Of a stretch of 64,000 bases of DNA, positions 23,385 through 36,284 are shown one piece after another; the first letter of the stretch is position 1; each line of letters opens with the position of its first letter. Source of the stretch: Dicyema japonicum (taxonomy: Eukaryota > Animalia > Dicyemida); NCBI GenBank assembly GCA_011109175.1, contig RDEW01000045.1, positions 177,417 through 241,416 on the forward strand, given 5' to 3'. The notes under the pieces are model-generated. The model did no database searches. It had not been told where the DNA came from and saw only the letters and a list, made by a program, of their open reading frames with translations. The position numbers and the translations under genes were made by a program.

Positions 23385-25990
23385 TTTCGATGTGGTTCAC
23401 CTTCACGTGGAGAAAATTGGATAGCAGTATCAATCTGGCAACTAAAAAGAACCACAGCTATTCCCCTGTCAACCTCTTCAACGACCTCTGGGAAGTCGGA
23501 CTAGATGATGGCAGCTATTTAACAGGCGCGCAGCTTTCGCTCCCAAAGATCGGATTGGCTACTCCTAATCATTGCTGGGGACATCGAATAGAACCCCGGG
23601 CCCCATAAGAACGGGAAATTCCTTAATATCATGCAATTCAACATAAACGGCCTCACACACAAATCAAATGAACTTTTTGCATTCCTAACTTCCCACAAAA
23701 TTGCTACAAAAAACGAAACCCACAAAATTGCTACAAGAAACGAAACTATCAATAAAGTCAGTGCTTCCAAACTACAAAGACTACTCAATTGTACCGCCGT
23801 GATCGACCAAATTCAAACAGAAGAGGCGGTGTTCTCATACTCATACACAAATCTATCCCATTCCTTGATACTTCCGCTCGGACACAAGCTCTGTTTGAAA
23901 ATGACGATCACATCGAACTTACTTCCATTTTGGTGAAAATAAACCACACAATATAAACATTTTAAATATTTACATCCCACACCAAGTTACAGTATGAAAC
24001 ATTACTCCCCAAAACTAAAAGAATTGCAAAAGATTGAAAATGTGATAATCTGCGGAGACCTAAATGCAAAAGATCCTCTCTGGCTAATCGGCCAAAAGAG
24101 TAATGAAAGGGGTTTCAGGTCCTCTCTTAACTAGAACAAATAGTTATTCTCAATGACAGAAAATCACACACTCGGACAGCTTCCAGACCTGGACACTCCA
24201 ATACATCACCTGACCTCACATCACTATCTAACTACTGACTATATCCCAATTTCTCCATCCAGTTCTCCATCACTATCTTCGGTGATATCTTGGAGAATTG
24301 TATATGACCAACACTCGGACCATAATCTAACTCTACTGTCAATCGAACTACTCTCGTCTAACTCTACTGTCAATCTATACATTCCAAAAGGACTCATTGC
24401 AGACTATTATCCCAATTTCACTAAGGAAATAATCGAAAAGATTCATACAAGACGTCGACTCAAAAAATCAAGAATTTATACGACCGAACCATCCAACCTT
24501 AATAGTGAAATTACAGAATTAATCAACAAAAGGAAATTGGACTGTTGGAACAATTTCATCACAAAAATTAACCACCAAGCAAAACTAAAAAATTTTTGGG
24601 GCACTTTACGTGAAATTCAGTCGAAACAAAATAGCAAGAAGACAACCCACGCCACCAGTATTGACAAGAATCAAACATCACGTGATTTCACTCATCAGGC
24701 AGATGTCATAATGGACCACTACGCAAAAAGTGAGTCACATAGATATGAACAAGTGCTCTCGTCCATGCAAATTGGAAAACGTTCAAACTCCTAAAAAAAC
24801 TTATTGAAATCAGTACGTCAGATGTCGAAAAACTCATCAAAAACTCTCCTGCCAAAGGGCTCGAAAGAATCTGCATTTAGAGCACCTGGGAACGCAAGGA
24901 CTCAAAGCAATAACAGACATAATTTCTGTGTTCATCAACACCTGCAGAATTTTTGCACTATGGAAAAAATCCAAAATAATCCCAATCCTGAAACCCAAGA
25001 AAGATCCTTCGGATCCGGGATCTATCAGACCAATTTCACAACTATCAATAGTATCGAAAATTTTTGAATGTGTTGTACTGAAACTAATATCGAAGTATCT
25101 TCCTTGATTTTCAACATGGCTTTCGTCATCAATACTCAACATTAACACATCTCTCTACCCTAACTCAATATATCGCTGATGGTTTCAACAATTATAATCC
25201 TTCCAAACAGACTATCCTTGCATCGATTGACATAACCAAGGCGTTTGATCGAACATCAAGGCGCGTGCTAAGTAACAAAATTCTTACATCTCGAATTCCT
25301 CCACGTCTTCAGAATTGGCTAACAAATTTCCTCTCTGGAAGAATTGGTCGAGCTGAAATTATGTCATGTCTATCTCACTACAGACTCCTTCCAAATGGAG
25401 TTCCCCAAGGCTCCGTTTTGTCACCTACCTTATTCAACTTGCACCTAAGCGACATTCCAACCAATTCCAAGACACTACTCCTATTGTATGCGGATGACCT
25501 GATTATTGCCTCTAAAGACATAAACGTCAACGAAGCAACGGAGAATGTTCAGATCCACTTGAACACTCTTGAAGAGTGGCTTGGAGCAAACCACTTATCC
25601 CCCTTTCCATCGAAATCCACCGTCACTGTATTCACGTCCAACCGCCGCCAACTTAATTTTCAACCAATTTTAATAATTCATGGACAAACACTCACCGTTG
25701 CAAAACATCTTAAAATACTTGAAGTAATTTATAACCAACTACTAACTTCTCTAAACATGTGGAGGAACAATGTACAAAGGCCTCTCGCAACATCAACATA
25801 CTTACAGCTGTGTCAGGCCATTCCTTTGGGCAAAGCAAAGAAGCTTTAACCATCATAAACAATTTATTTGAACAACTATTAACTATGCAAGTGCTTGCTG
25901 GTCAACCTTTTGCCTCTCTCTATTGACAAACTACAAAAAGTACAAAACATCGCGCTCAGGATAATTACTGGATGTCTCAGATCAACAGGA
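23385..25990 (+). mobile_element. Vingi/Ingi-like LINE, near full length but degenerate; 2A motif interrupted by a stop
   Basis: LLLIIAGDIE*NPGP (23577-23603), MQFNING, ICGDLNAK, GVPQGSVLSPTLFNL, LYADD; 27-bp tandem duplication near 23693-23747. Confidence 0.9.
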
Positions 25991-26603
25991 GTTGACTAAA
26001 ATAAAAGTTTAACTTAAGACTAACAATTAAAATTTTCTAGGTGTTCTCTGTCAAATATGTTAAGACGTTTGTTTAGATCAGGTAAACCTCTTCGGCGCGA
26101 GGGTTGATAAATAAATAGACTTTGAGAGGCCTAATGTACTGAAAAGTTTATGGAGGATCAGAAATCACCCTAACCTAGCAGTACACAGTAGAATGTATTT
26201 ATTTTCATCTGCCTCCTGGAATAGATCATTATTTGAATAAATGCTATGATGATCGAAGCTACCCAGAAAAGGGAGTTCTGAGCTCCAAAGTCTGGCTGAC
26301 ATTCAAGAGGATCCATTTACTCATTCCACTGGAAAACAATTTCGTTCGCTGCCGACGAATTATGGTATTGACCTCAGCTTCCCGCACAATATCCTCTGTG
26401 CTTGAATGAAGGTTCTGCTGGAACGGGTCAGGATAAAGCAATTAGTTTTACCCTTGGTTTTTAAAATAATTTAATATAACAAACATCTTCCACATGGTCT
26501 ACGACTAACATTATGAGACTTAATCGATGCAAAAAGCGTAACAAAAAGTGCAATAACAAATCACAAATAAACCAAAATTAATAGAAAACACCAAATCAAT
26601 AAA

Positions 26604-27133
26604 TCAGGATATTAGTGAGGAGGCATTGGAGGAATTACTAAACATTAGAGAACCACAATTACTATCTAAATGTTGGAGGGAGAACCTTGTTCCTAATGTA
26701 GTAACGGGCAAGTCTGTGAATTTTGCTTTCGGTCAATAAAAGGTGATATTTGCTGCATTTATCCGTCCTGTTCTTGTTTAGGTGATCTATTACACGGATA
26801 GACTTGCTTATTAAATGGTAGAGATCCTCGGGGAGCAAAGGAGCCATTCCATTCTTCTTAAGGATTCTAAGAACCTTGTTACTGGCACAACGAGAAATGT
26901 TAGGAACTCCATATACGTCCCTTAGAAAGACTCCTGAAGTTTAAGGCTCAATAATACCAATTTGGGAAGGTCTCATCCCTTTCTTAGCAAGACGGACAAT
27001 TGTAGTTTCAATTTCAGTAGGAGTCATCTTTAACCACTTCGGGATTGACTTTTGGACAGGTTGAAACTGACCTGGATATACCTTTTCTGGTATATTAAGA
27101 TTATTATTACCCTCTTCCATACATACGACCCAT
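26604..27133 (-). CDS. RPS13: 40S ribosomal protein S13 (uS15)
   Basis: MGRMYGRG|KGISRSVQPVQKSIPKWLKMT...PSQIG|VFLRD...LPEDLYHL...ESKIHRLARYY...TFRY|NSSNASSLIS*. Introns 27087-27110, 26934-26957, 26638-26662. Spliced length is 457 nt, one more than 151 codons plus stop; the extra base is in the AAA run at 27064-27066. Confidence 0.97.
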
Positions 27134-27435
27134 CTTGTAGCAAAAACGTGATTTTTATTTTATTTAAATTTTTAATTATTTATTTTATAATTAAAAGTAA
27201 TTTTTAATATAATATTATAAGCTTCTCACTGAATTGTGATGTCATTCCCAAGGAGACCTAGATTTTTAATTTATTTATAAATAAATACGTTTGCATTATT
27301 ATGTCACAGACGCTACGCGTTACATAATGCTCAAATTTACAATTTCAAGGATTTTTTTATAAAACTTTAGACATGTCTTTCTCATTTATTATATTTAATT
27401 TTTTTACAAAATAATTTTTTAAACAATTAAACAAA

Positions 27436-27780
27436 TGTCAGTTTAGGAAGCCTGCTGCGTGGATTGCGAACGAGTTCCCTCGGAGTATGGCTATTCCAAT
27501 CTTTTGTCTTAGCCATAACCTTTTTCGTTGATCCCTTTTCTTTCTGGCAAGCAATCCTCCGAGTTCTCGCAAAAACTCAGCCGTCATTGGACCAACGGCT
27601 CCCGATGGATTCGGTCGCAACAGGAGTAAATCGGTAGCGATCCCCGAGGCAAGAATATTTCTTGATTTTATATTCTCCGCAGTCGAAGCAGCTGCTCCAG
27701 GTGTCTGAACCGATTTAAAAATGTTCGTGCTTGAGAACGTGTCTATGCAAGTTGCGTCCCTTACCAAAGATCTTCCAGAT
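27436..27780 (-). mobile_element. CRE-like element, 3' end (REL endonuclease)
   Basis: DATCIDTFS...PGAAASTAE...LWLRQKIGIAILRGNS. Confidence 0.9.
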
Positions 27781-28099
27781 TTGATAAATTAAATCAAAAA
27801 AAATTTTTGGATTTTTTTCTAAGTCCACTAGTGTAACGCTCCTGTGACATATTACAACCTTCTAAAACGTTCCGCAACTTCAATCGCTTGGAACAATATT
27901 TCTCTTGTGTGAATAAACAGAGGTCTAAAGATAGAAATTTCAATAAAAACAATATTGAAAAATATTTCATGCTTCGAACCAAGCATTAGGCCTTTTTGCC
28001 CGGAACTTATGTCACTGAGCCATTTCGACTAAATAGAGTATAACTGTTTGTGACATGCAACAAAGTCAATCTCCGATAATTATGACCATGTTAATTAAA

Positions 28100-28749
28100 T
28101 TAATTCCAAAAAACCACTGTTTAAACCGAAAAAAACTAAACTAAGTGATCCCGACGAATTGGATCAAGGCTCTCATCTTTTCTCGGTGTTGATCCCATAA
28201 GCCTACACAAGTTCGTTGTGGACGAGCACTTTCTTTTTGGCATAGTGTTCATTCTTGTATTTTCGATTAGTTTTTCCATGGGTATCGGTGATTTAATGTT
28301 TTCCCCTGTGTTCCATCTTTCCGTTCGCTTTTCTGGGTTGCGGAGATTTTCTGGATGTTTGTATAAAAGGCCAGTGGTCCCCATGAAGTACACGCATATG
28401 AAATGCATGGTTCGATGTACTGTGATTAGAGCGTTTTAAGTAAAGATTGATGTCCAATTTTCCATTGACCTGTTAGGCATTCCAGATGTTGATTTTCTTT
28501 TCACATTTCTTCAGCACGTAAGTGACATGTCTCGAAAAGTTCATGTGCGTATCGAAAGTCAGACCCAATATTTTTTGCCATTTGCTGAACGGCAATTCTC
28601 TTCCCTCCGCAGTAACTTCTATTGTCCTGTTCGACAATCTTTTGTCCGAGGTATAGAGTTGTAACAGATTTTTCGGTATTGATTGACATTCGATTTTCAT
28701 TAACCACTCGAGTAGTCGATCCATGTGTGTTGTATTCTTTCCGTCGCTG
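28100..28749 (-). mobile_element. Vingi-like LINE, 3' portion
   Basis: KILGLTFDTHMNFSRHV...CEKKINI, ending RDHLV*; its first 30 nt equal the last 30 nt of the 9644-10800 piece. Confidence 0.85.
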
Positions 28750-28750
28750 A

Positions 28751-29030
28751 TTAAGATATTTCAAAGACTTCTCCCATGATGATGTTTGCTGGCGTTCTAT
28801 TCTTAGAATATGACCAAACAGTTTCCAGTGCATATTCATGATCGGGATGCTCAGAAGTCCATCTTTTGTAAATTACTTCACTCCTTACACGCATTGGCCA
28901 CTTCAATCCCAAGAGAGACCAAAATTGATCCCTATGAAAGGAGTCGAGCCTTTTTCCGTCGGTTTTCCAGATTTCCCATATTCCATAGTTATACTCAAGG
29001 ATCGGTTTCACGAGAGGCTCATACAATCTG
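28751..29030 (-). mobile_element. RTE-clade fragment (same family as 18420-19658)
   Basis: KPILEYNYGIW...RLDSFHRDQ...WKLFGHILRI. Confidence 0.8.
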
Positions 29031-29344
29031 AGTCTGAGTGATGGCCTGTACGCCTATATCTGCTTTGTATGTGTGTAACCAATCAATATAGATTTCCTTT
29101 GAATAATATAGGATTTGAAGTCTTCATCTATAATAAACCCAATCATTTTTTCAGTATAATGACAACTCGGAGAGTTCCTTGTTTCGTTATCTCCTGCGAT
29201 AATGAAGGACATCAGATGTGACAACAGAAAATGAATCCAAAGATGAGATTAAAAGAATGTCAACTGTCGACATTGGACTTGTGCATTGAGATCACTACCT
29301 ACGTTTTGCAAAACAATCTAAATATTTATTTATAACAATAAAAT

Positions 29345-29640
29345 CGTTCTAAAGTCCAGCGGATATGATCGAGTGGCTGTTACCTCTGACTACTGCCAGG
29401 GATATCCTTTGGAAAAGCCACTCGGTTTCCCGACGCTCCCTCGAGGCTTTGGTCAATGGAAACCCAAGTGCTCTAAGGAAAGAGACCGTCTTGGGGCCAA
29501 AGACTCCGCTCGTCTCGACGACCACTGGCTGTACATGGAAACAGTTTAGGAGGCTGCTGTATTTCTTTATTTTTGAGTTTTCATATAAACGGGCGGCCTT
29601 TTGCAAAATGTTTAGGAAATGATCTTGAATGTTTGAAGGC
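29345..29640 (-). mobile_element. CRE-like 3' end, second subfamily
   Basis: PVVVETSGVFGP...WLFQRISLAVVRGNSHSI. Confidence 0.85.
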
Positions 29641-29719
29641 TAAAAAGTCACGATACGATATCCAAGAAACGCTTCCGAAGCTCGGATTTACCTTCATTGG
29701 ATCTGCTCTTTGGCGTCAT

Positions 29720-31050
29720 TTTAAGTAGCATATGAAGTTGCGAAATCAAAAAAGCCACATCCTATTGCATATACTCTTATTAAGCCTTGTGCATTGGAAA
29801 TGGTGAAAACAGTTCTGACTCCAGTCCCTCTCGAAAACTGCAGCAGATTCCTTTGTGAAATAATTATATCCGGGATGAATTAATTGTGATGATATTCTTA
29901 AACAAGTTATTTCGGACATAAGAATTCTTGCATTAAGATTTCAATCAGTTGGGTGAATCTACCGATGATAATTGCTGTCAACTAATTAACTTTGTTCCTT
30001 ATGTACAAGAAAATTTAATTTCGGAAGAGTTTCTTTTTTGCAATCTTCTCGAAACGGAAGCCTCTGCAAAATTTTTTCCATGTAATTGAGACTTTTTTGA
30101 TAAACATGATATTCCATTGGAAATTATCGGGCCAATTTGCACGGATGGTGTTTCAGTTATGCTGGGAAACAGGTCGGGGTTTGCAGCCCATTAGAAAAAA
30201 CATGTTCCAGATGTAAATGTTACTCAGTGTATCCTTCATCTTGCATGCACTCGTATCGAATCTTTGCCGATTAAGTTAAAAAATGTCTCAAATTCGTGTG
30301 TCAAAGTCGTGAATTTCATTCGAGGGAGAGCTTTGAACCATAGACTGTTCAAAGCATTATGTATTGATTATGATGCAGACTCTACTTTTCTCTTGTATCA
30401 CACCAATGTTAGATGGCTGTCAAGAAGTCGTGTTTTGACAAGCTTTTTTATTCTCAAATTTTGTTATTTTATTGGGATATTTGGCTGACATTTTCATTTT
30501 AACCAGTTGAGTCTTTCAATTCAAAGGAAAGGCCTTCAGGAATAAATTGTTGATGTGGACTCGACGTATTCAAGACAATAATTTTGCCAATTTTCCAAAA
30601 CTGGATGGCCATTAAATCCAACTTGACTTTTGATAAAATTATTAAAACAGAAATCAACAATCATCTTGAAGGCTTAAGCTTTCATTTGATGGATATTTTT
30701 CAATTGGAGACATTAAAGATACCTGGATTGTTAACCCATTTGCTTTCAAATAGAGAAGATGGAGATGGTGATAAAAAATTTTGATTGAAATGCTAGCATC
30801 ACTGAAAATGTTGTACGACTCAAATTTTTCGGAGGTTTTTTGGTGCGGTTCGCAAATTGGGTTTCCGACCCTTGCAAAAAAAGCATTGCAAGTTCTGGTT
30901 CCATTTGCAACAACTTGGCTATGTGAAACTGGATTTTCATATCTACTATATATATAACGCTCCCTGAAAACGATCTCAGAATTGCACTAGCAGACAAAAA
31001 ACCACGTTTCAAACAATTAGTTAAAACTAAAAGGCAGGAAAAGTCTCAAG
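29720..31050 (+). mobile_element. hAT (Buster/SPIN-type) transposase remnant
   Basis: AKSKKPHPIAYTLIKPCA, ICTDG, VVNFIRGRALNHRLF, LLYHTNVRWLSR, CETGFS, DLRIAL. Confidence 0.85.
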
Positions 31051-31069
31051 GAACCAAATTTTATGTAGA

Positions 31070-32660
31070 CAATCGAATATCAGGAAATATGGGATTAACT
31101 GCACGCAATGTGAATCATTCGTCCATCTGGGCTGCATAAAAATAAGTAAAGCTTGCGCCGAGACGCTGTCGTGTAGGCTGTGCCCCTTTTGTATTGGAAT
31201 GGAGGCCCCCAGGCGGGAAAAAATAACTTAGCCAAACTTTACACTGCCACATACAGACCATACTCTCTTGAAGATCTCGAACCTCAGGAAAGCCATGAAG
31301 ATCCCAGTAAAAATCCCTAAAGGAGTACGAATTGCCGCAGCAACGTGTCTTTCAGATGCCATTGAACACGCACTATCCTCTGACAGTTGGAAATCCTGGC
31401 TAAAATTTATATGCTTTGCACCTGTCGCACTGGAATACCTACAAAGGAATCTGAGGACAATAATAAAGAAACAAACTCCCGACTCGACTTATCCGAGAAA
31501 CTGAAACGAAACATAATTAATTTTAGCTGTCATAACATACACACAATACTTGAACGTCCACTTAATGTCAATGAGGTCGAAATCAGAGGATCATACACCA
31601 AAGATGCCCCAACAAACTAAAGAAGAGAGTAAACCGAAAACTTCTTGAAGGTGACGTGCGGGCAGCCTTACGGTTATCACGTCCGATGACACAGTATTGT
31701 ATTGTACCTTCCGAGGTTCTAAATACCTTAATACTGAAGCACCCAGATGGACCGACTGACTATGAAAAGTTTTTGAATCCTGAAGGAACCCCGGAGATAA
31801 TCATTACCGAATCCGAAGTGCGCCGGGAATAGCTTCCTTTGCCGTTAGCAGCGGCGGAGGCTTGGAGGGGCTACGTCCTGGTCATATTAAGGACCTTACG
31901 TCCACGTACACCTCGGAAGCTGGACGCTGTCTTGTCAAATCAATTACGGACCTAATAAGAAAAATGGTTAATGGCAACATCCCAGAGTATGCCAGAGAAT
32001 TGCTCTTCTCCGCAAGGCTACTCGCTTTCAAAAAACCAAACGGGGGAATCCGTCCCATTGCGGTCGTGAACTATTTTCGAAGACTCGCAGCGAAGATAAC
32101 TTCGACCCTGGTGAGCCGACAACTCGGTGCAGAGTTCTTTCCTAAACAAATGGGTGTTAGTATCCAGAACGGATGTGAAGCAGCGGTTCATGCAGCAAGG
32201 CGTTTCTTCACACAGAGAAGGCTACAGGCTTCCCAGCACAGCTTGAACCAGAGGGTCTTGATCGAGGAGATGGGAAGAGACCTGACGGGATGACCCTTTT
32301 CCCCTTCACGTCTGGAAGATCTTTGGTCTGGGACGCAACTTGTGTAGACACGTTCTCAATCACGAATATTTTCAAATCGGTTCGACACCTGGAGCAGCTG
32401 CTTCGACTGCGGAGAACCTAAAAATCAAGAAATATTCTTGCCTCGGGGATCGCTATCGATTTACTCCTGTTGCGACCGAATCATTGGGAGCCGTTGGTCC
32501 AATGACGGCTGAGTTCTTGCGAGAACTCGGAGGATTGCTTGCCAAAAAGAAAAGGGATCAACGAGAAGGGTTATAACTAAGACAAAAGATTGGAATAGCC
32601 ATACTCCGAGAGAACTCGTTCGCAATCCAGGCAGCAGCTTCCTCAACTAACATTTGTTTA
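31070..32660 (+). mobile_element. CRE-like element with N-terminal PHD-like finger, internally deleted
   Basis: INCTQCESFVHLGC...LSCRLCP, IPKGVRIAAA, GLRPGHIKDL, FKKPNGGIRPIAV, QMGVSIQNGCEAAVHA, LVWDATCVDTFS. Confidence 0.9.
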
Positions 32661-32979
32661 ATTGTTTTAAAAAAAATTAGTAAACATTGTTTGATTTAAC
32701 TTTAAATTATTGATTTTTCTAGCGCGTAAAACTAGAGAACCAAATACTCGTGGTCATTACTTTGATATCAAAAAGATAATTTTACCTCATTTTGAGATCA
32801 CATGCAGAAATATTAAAAATCAATTCTAAGGACTTTCTCGTTAGAGTTTGTTTTATTTTTATGGATCACATCTGTATAGAAGAGAGAATTAGAAATAGTG
32901 ATTTTTATAATTTTGAATAATAAATTACAAATTATTAAAAAAGTTATCGAACACTTATATTAATATTATTAGTAAAAGG

Positions 32980-33472
32980 TTAATTTTGCAAATCCAAGTC
33001 AAGTCTCAAATTATCAGCATTACGAAAGTTAAACTCACCAAGCCAGACTTGTCCAAGATCATCTGTTATTTTACCATCTCCCATTATTCTGATAATATTT
33101 TAAACTATTACTTATTTTCTTCAAAATTCCCTTCAAATACGAATCCATTTTCGAATTTATAAACTCCCTTACCATCAAATAAGTTATTTCTGAAAGATCC
33201 ATAGTATGAAGCTCCGATAGATCCAAATATAACGGATCCCAGTCCATTGAGAGAGTCATTTTCCCAGTTCCCTTCGTATTCAATCATGTCAACTCCAATG
33301 TGCTTCCCTTTTCCTTGACGGACTATTCCACGGTTGGGAAGTTTAACATATTCCCCCTCTGTAAATTAAGAGAGTCAATATTACCGTATCTATCACCATT
33401 TGGAAATATAAATATTCCTGATTGAATTTGAGGAGTCTCATTATTCTTTCTTTTATTACTTTTTATTGACAT
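32980..33472 (-). CDS. MORN2: MORN repeat-containing protein 2
   Basis: Intact 147-aa model with introns 33359-33384 (26 nt) and 33089-33111 (23 nt): FPNGDRY|EGEY...YEGNWENDSLNG...YKFENGFVFEGNFEEN|KIMGDGKITDDLGQVWLGEFNFRNADNLRL, colinear with MORN2. Confidence 0.85.
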
Positions 33473-33599
33473 ATTCTTGGAAACATAAATTTTATTTTAA
33501 ATAATAATAAATATAATTCACAAATTAATATTAATTTTAAAAATCAACGTTAATAAAGTGTAACTTCATCCGATGAAAAGTTTCCCATGGGATCTTCCC

Positions 33600-34820
33600 T
33601 TAACGGGATTCTTTTGGCAGTCCTCAAAAGGGCGTCAGTCCCTCCTACGAGTCCCCTGCCCTCTCTGGAGACGTCGAACCTAACCTGGAATACCTAATAA
33701 TTATGCAATTACACATTAAAGGTATCTCTCGAAAAAGAGACGAGTTGATGTAATTTTCATCCTCTCACGACGTGGAAATTGCATTAATACAGGAAACCAG
33801 ATTGTCATTATAAAGTACAAAAATGTGATCAAATCTAGTCTATATGTTAACATTTCTCGGATTGATGTCACACACTTCTCAGTCTTGAAAACCATGTAAT
33901 CGTGTGCGACGACTTTATTGCCAATATTCCTTTATGCTCTGTCGATGGGGTACTGGATCAATGAGGGGAGTATGTCTTGTCGCAGATTTAATGCCTCGTC
34001 GTCATTAAATGACCCTCTTCAGCGCAAATGTACAGCTTTACGACTAGACAAATCCAGCGATCTCCGAACATCTTTCCAGACGTCCTGGTGAGTGGTATAT
34101 GACCTTCCTTCTGACCACAACCCGATATTATTGAAGATAAAAAGATTCAATCAAAATCGATTCGCTAAAAAACCTTCATCAATTACAAACGCGGATTGTG
34201 GCACAAATTCGAACAAGAAACTGAATATTTCCGCTCGATTCCATATTTAAACAATTCAACAGTTACATACTCACTGCTGACAGAAAATAAGAAATTCATC
34301 GACTTCACCAATGACATCATCGCGCTATACAAATGAGTGGCCTCAGACTCACTCTGCAGACTATTATGCATTAACCGGATAATCTCCGACTACATCTTCC
34401 AAAACAAAAGGTGGATAAATCAAATCGTGTCGCAAACTGAATCCCCCTTCATCACCGAGTATTTTCCCAATCAAAATAGACTGGTTGGATATACATGTCT
34501 GATGATGCCAAGAACTCTAATCTAGCCAAATGGACTGTGGGCCTTCACAGACATTTACCAAGCGACTTTGAATTTAGGATTTGTGCCTATACTCGGGAAA
34601 TAATCCACAATAATTCCGATTCTCAAACTTAACAAGGACCCGCATGATCCAGGATCCTTTCGATTTATTTCTCTTCACTGTACTGCTTCAAAAATCTTCG
34701 GGAGATCCATTCTCAACTGTATATGCTCTTAACTAAACTGTCCATCTATTAGCACGGATTCCGCGTCAAGCATTCAATCCAACCCACCTAACAAAGTTAA
34801 CTGACTATATTGCAGACTGA
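33600..34820 (+). mobile_element. Vingi-like LINE remnant with degenerate 2A motif (SGDVEPN-G)
   Basis: TCTGGAGACGTCGAACCTAACCTGGA at 33664-33689, followed by APE-like IMQLHIKGI...IALIQET and RT-like IIPILKLNKDP. Confidence 0.7.
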
Positions 34821-34864
34821 TATTGCAAATTGATAGAGTAATGGGTATCAAAATACTTAGTTTT

Positions 34865-34945
34865 TAATAGTACTATTATTATAACCCTGGGAACACAGGA
34901 AAGAGGAAAAAGTTATCGTCTAATTAAGTGATCTCGGTGTCAGTG
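34865..34945 (-). mobile_element. Isolated Vingi-type 3' terminus
   Basis: GATCACTTAATTAG...CTTTCCTGTGTTCCCAGGGTTATAATAATA matches the 3' ends at 49885-49960 and of the short element. Confidence 0.65.
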
Positions 34946-35084
34946 CTTCCTCCTTTTTTATGCATTTGAAAAAAACAGCACAAGTATTATTTAGTTTTTA
35001 CTTTGTATTGTAGATCTAGTCAAATGTTGTTTAGTGATACTTTTGTGAGCTCAACGGAATCATTGAAATGTTCATATTTCTGAA

Positions 35085-35370
35085 TTGATAGCAAAAGAAC
35101 TGATACCTCATACCACTGGCGAAAACCTGATAATCCCTGCTTGTCGAATCATCGCTCGGATTATGTTTAGTCATAAATCTGAACAAAAATACTGAAGATA
35201 CATATGTCAGATAACACTGTTTCTCGTCGGATATGTTCTTTGTCCGAGAATATTGAAAACAATGTCTTATTTTCTATTAAGAAGATAATTTTTCATTACA
35301 ACTTGATGAATCCACAGACATTTCAGGAATTCCACATTTGTTGGCATATGTTTATTTCTCTTATATTTTT
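35085..35370 (+). mobile_element. hAT transposase fragment
   Basis: PHTTGENLIIPAC, MSDNTVSRRI, LQLDESTDI. Confidence 0.8.
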
Positions 35371-35861
35371 TTGCCGCAAATGGGGCTATAAATATTATGG
35401 CTCTCGTGAAAGTGCTAATAATAATAAATATGTACGATCTGTCTATTTTTGGAAAATTATAATAGTTTAGTTTAACCTAACCTAAGTGTCTTTTATTTTT
35501 TATAAAATGATTAAAAATTCGCCCGTTAAATTACCAATTTTGTCTTCACTTTTGCGTATCATAACCGGACCTTTATTTAGGTAGCACGTGCCACGTCACC
35601 TCTAAAGTCATAAACTTTTTTCTGATTTTGCTGGCAACTCCAGACCGCCATTTTTCTTTGAATTTTTTGTAACTGCGAATCTTGACACACATCACACCGT
35701 TAAAATCACACAAGATTGAATTTATAAATTTAAATCCAAATTAAAATTAAGTTGGCTACATTCTGAAATCGATTAAATCAATTGAAATCCTTCAGGGGGA
35801 CATGCAGTGAGCAATTTAGATACAACGAGTTGTCCTCATTGCAGACATTAACCACGTGTTC

Positions 35862-36284
35862 TTACCTTTCACTGTACATTCTCATTGTATCTTTGCATCC
35901 TTGGTGAAGACCGGACATGCTCTCCATGTTTTGTTCTCTCTGTATTCCCTTTGCTGAGATACGTAAAATATATATGATACACGTGCTAAACAATGTAAAA
36001 ATACTTTCATGGTTGACAACTGTGTATCCACGTGCAAATATATTATAGTTTGTTTGGTCATTATTGTAGAGTAAGCCCACAGTCGATGATGACTTGAAGG
36101 AAGCTGTTACTTTAGAAATCCTCAAAGGGTCCTCTCTTATAATGGAAGTTTTAATCATCGGTTCCCATCCTCCACTATAATTAATACAACTCTCAACCAC
36201 ATTCTCATTGAGTTTCTCAAACTGTTCTCGGTAGTGGGGTACTAACTCTGAACATTGTTCTAAAGATAATCCGAGAATTTTCAT
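35862..36284 (-). CDS. Uncharacterised open reading frame (possible exon of an unrecognised gene)
   Basis: 140-codon open frame, unusually long for this AT-rich background; no recognised motif. Confidence 0.3.
   Translation of the reverse strand: MKILGLSLEQCSELVPHYREQFEKLNENVVESCINYSGGWEPMIKTSIIREDPLRISKVTASFKSSSTVGLLYNNDQTNYNIFARGYTVVNHESIFTLFSTCIIYILRISAKGIQREQNMESMSGLHQGCKDTMRMYSER

Noticed and set aside
26050-26500. Small gene downstream of RPS13
   Set aside because: Several short open frames, but no coherent start, splice path or recognisable motif.
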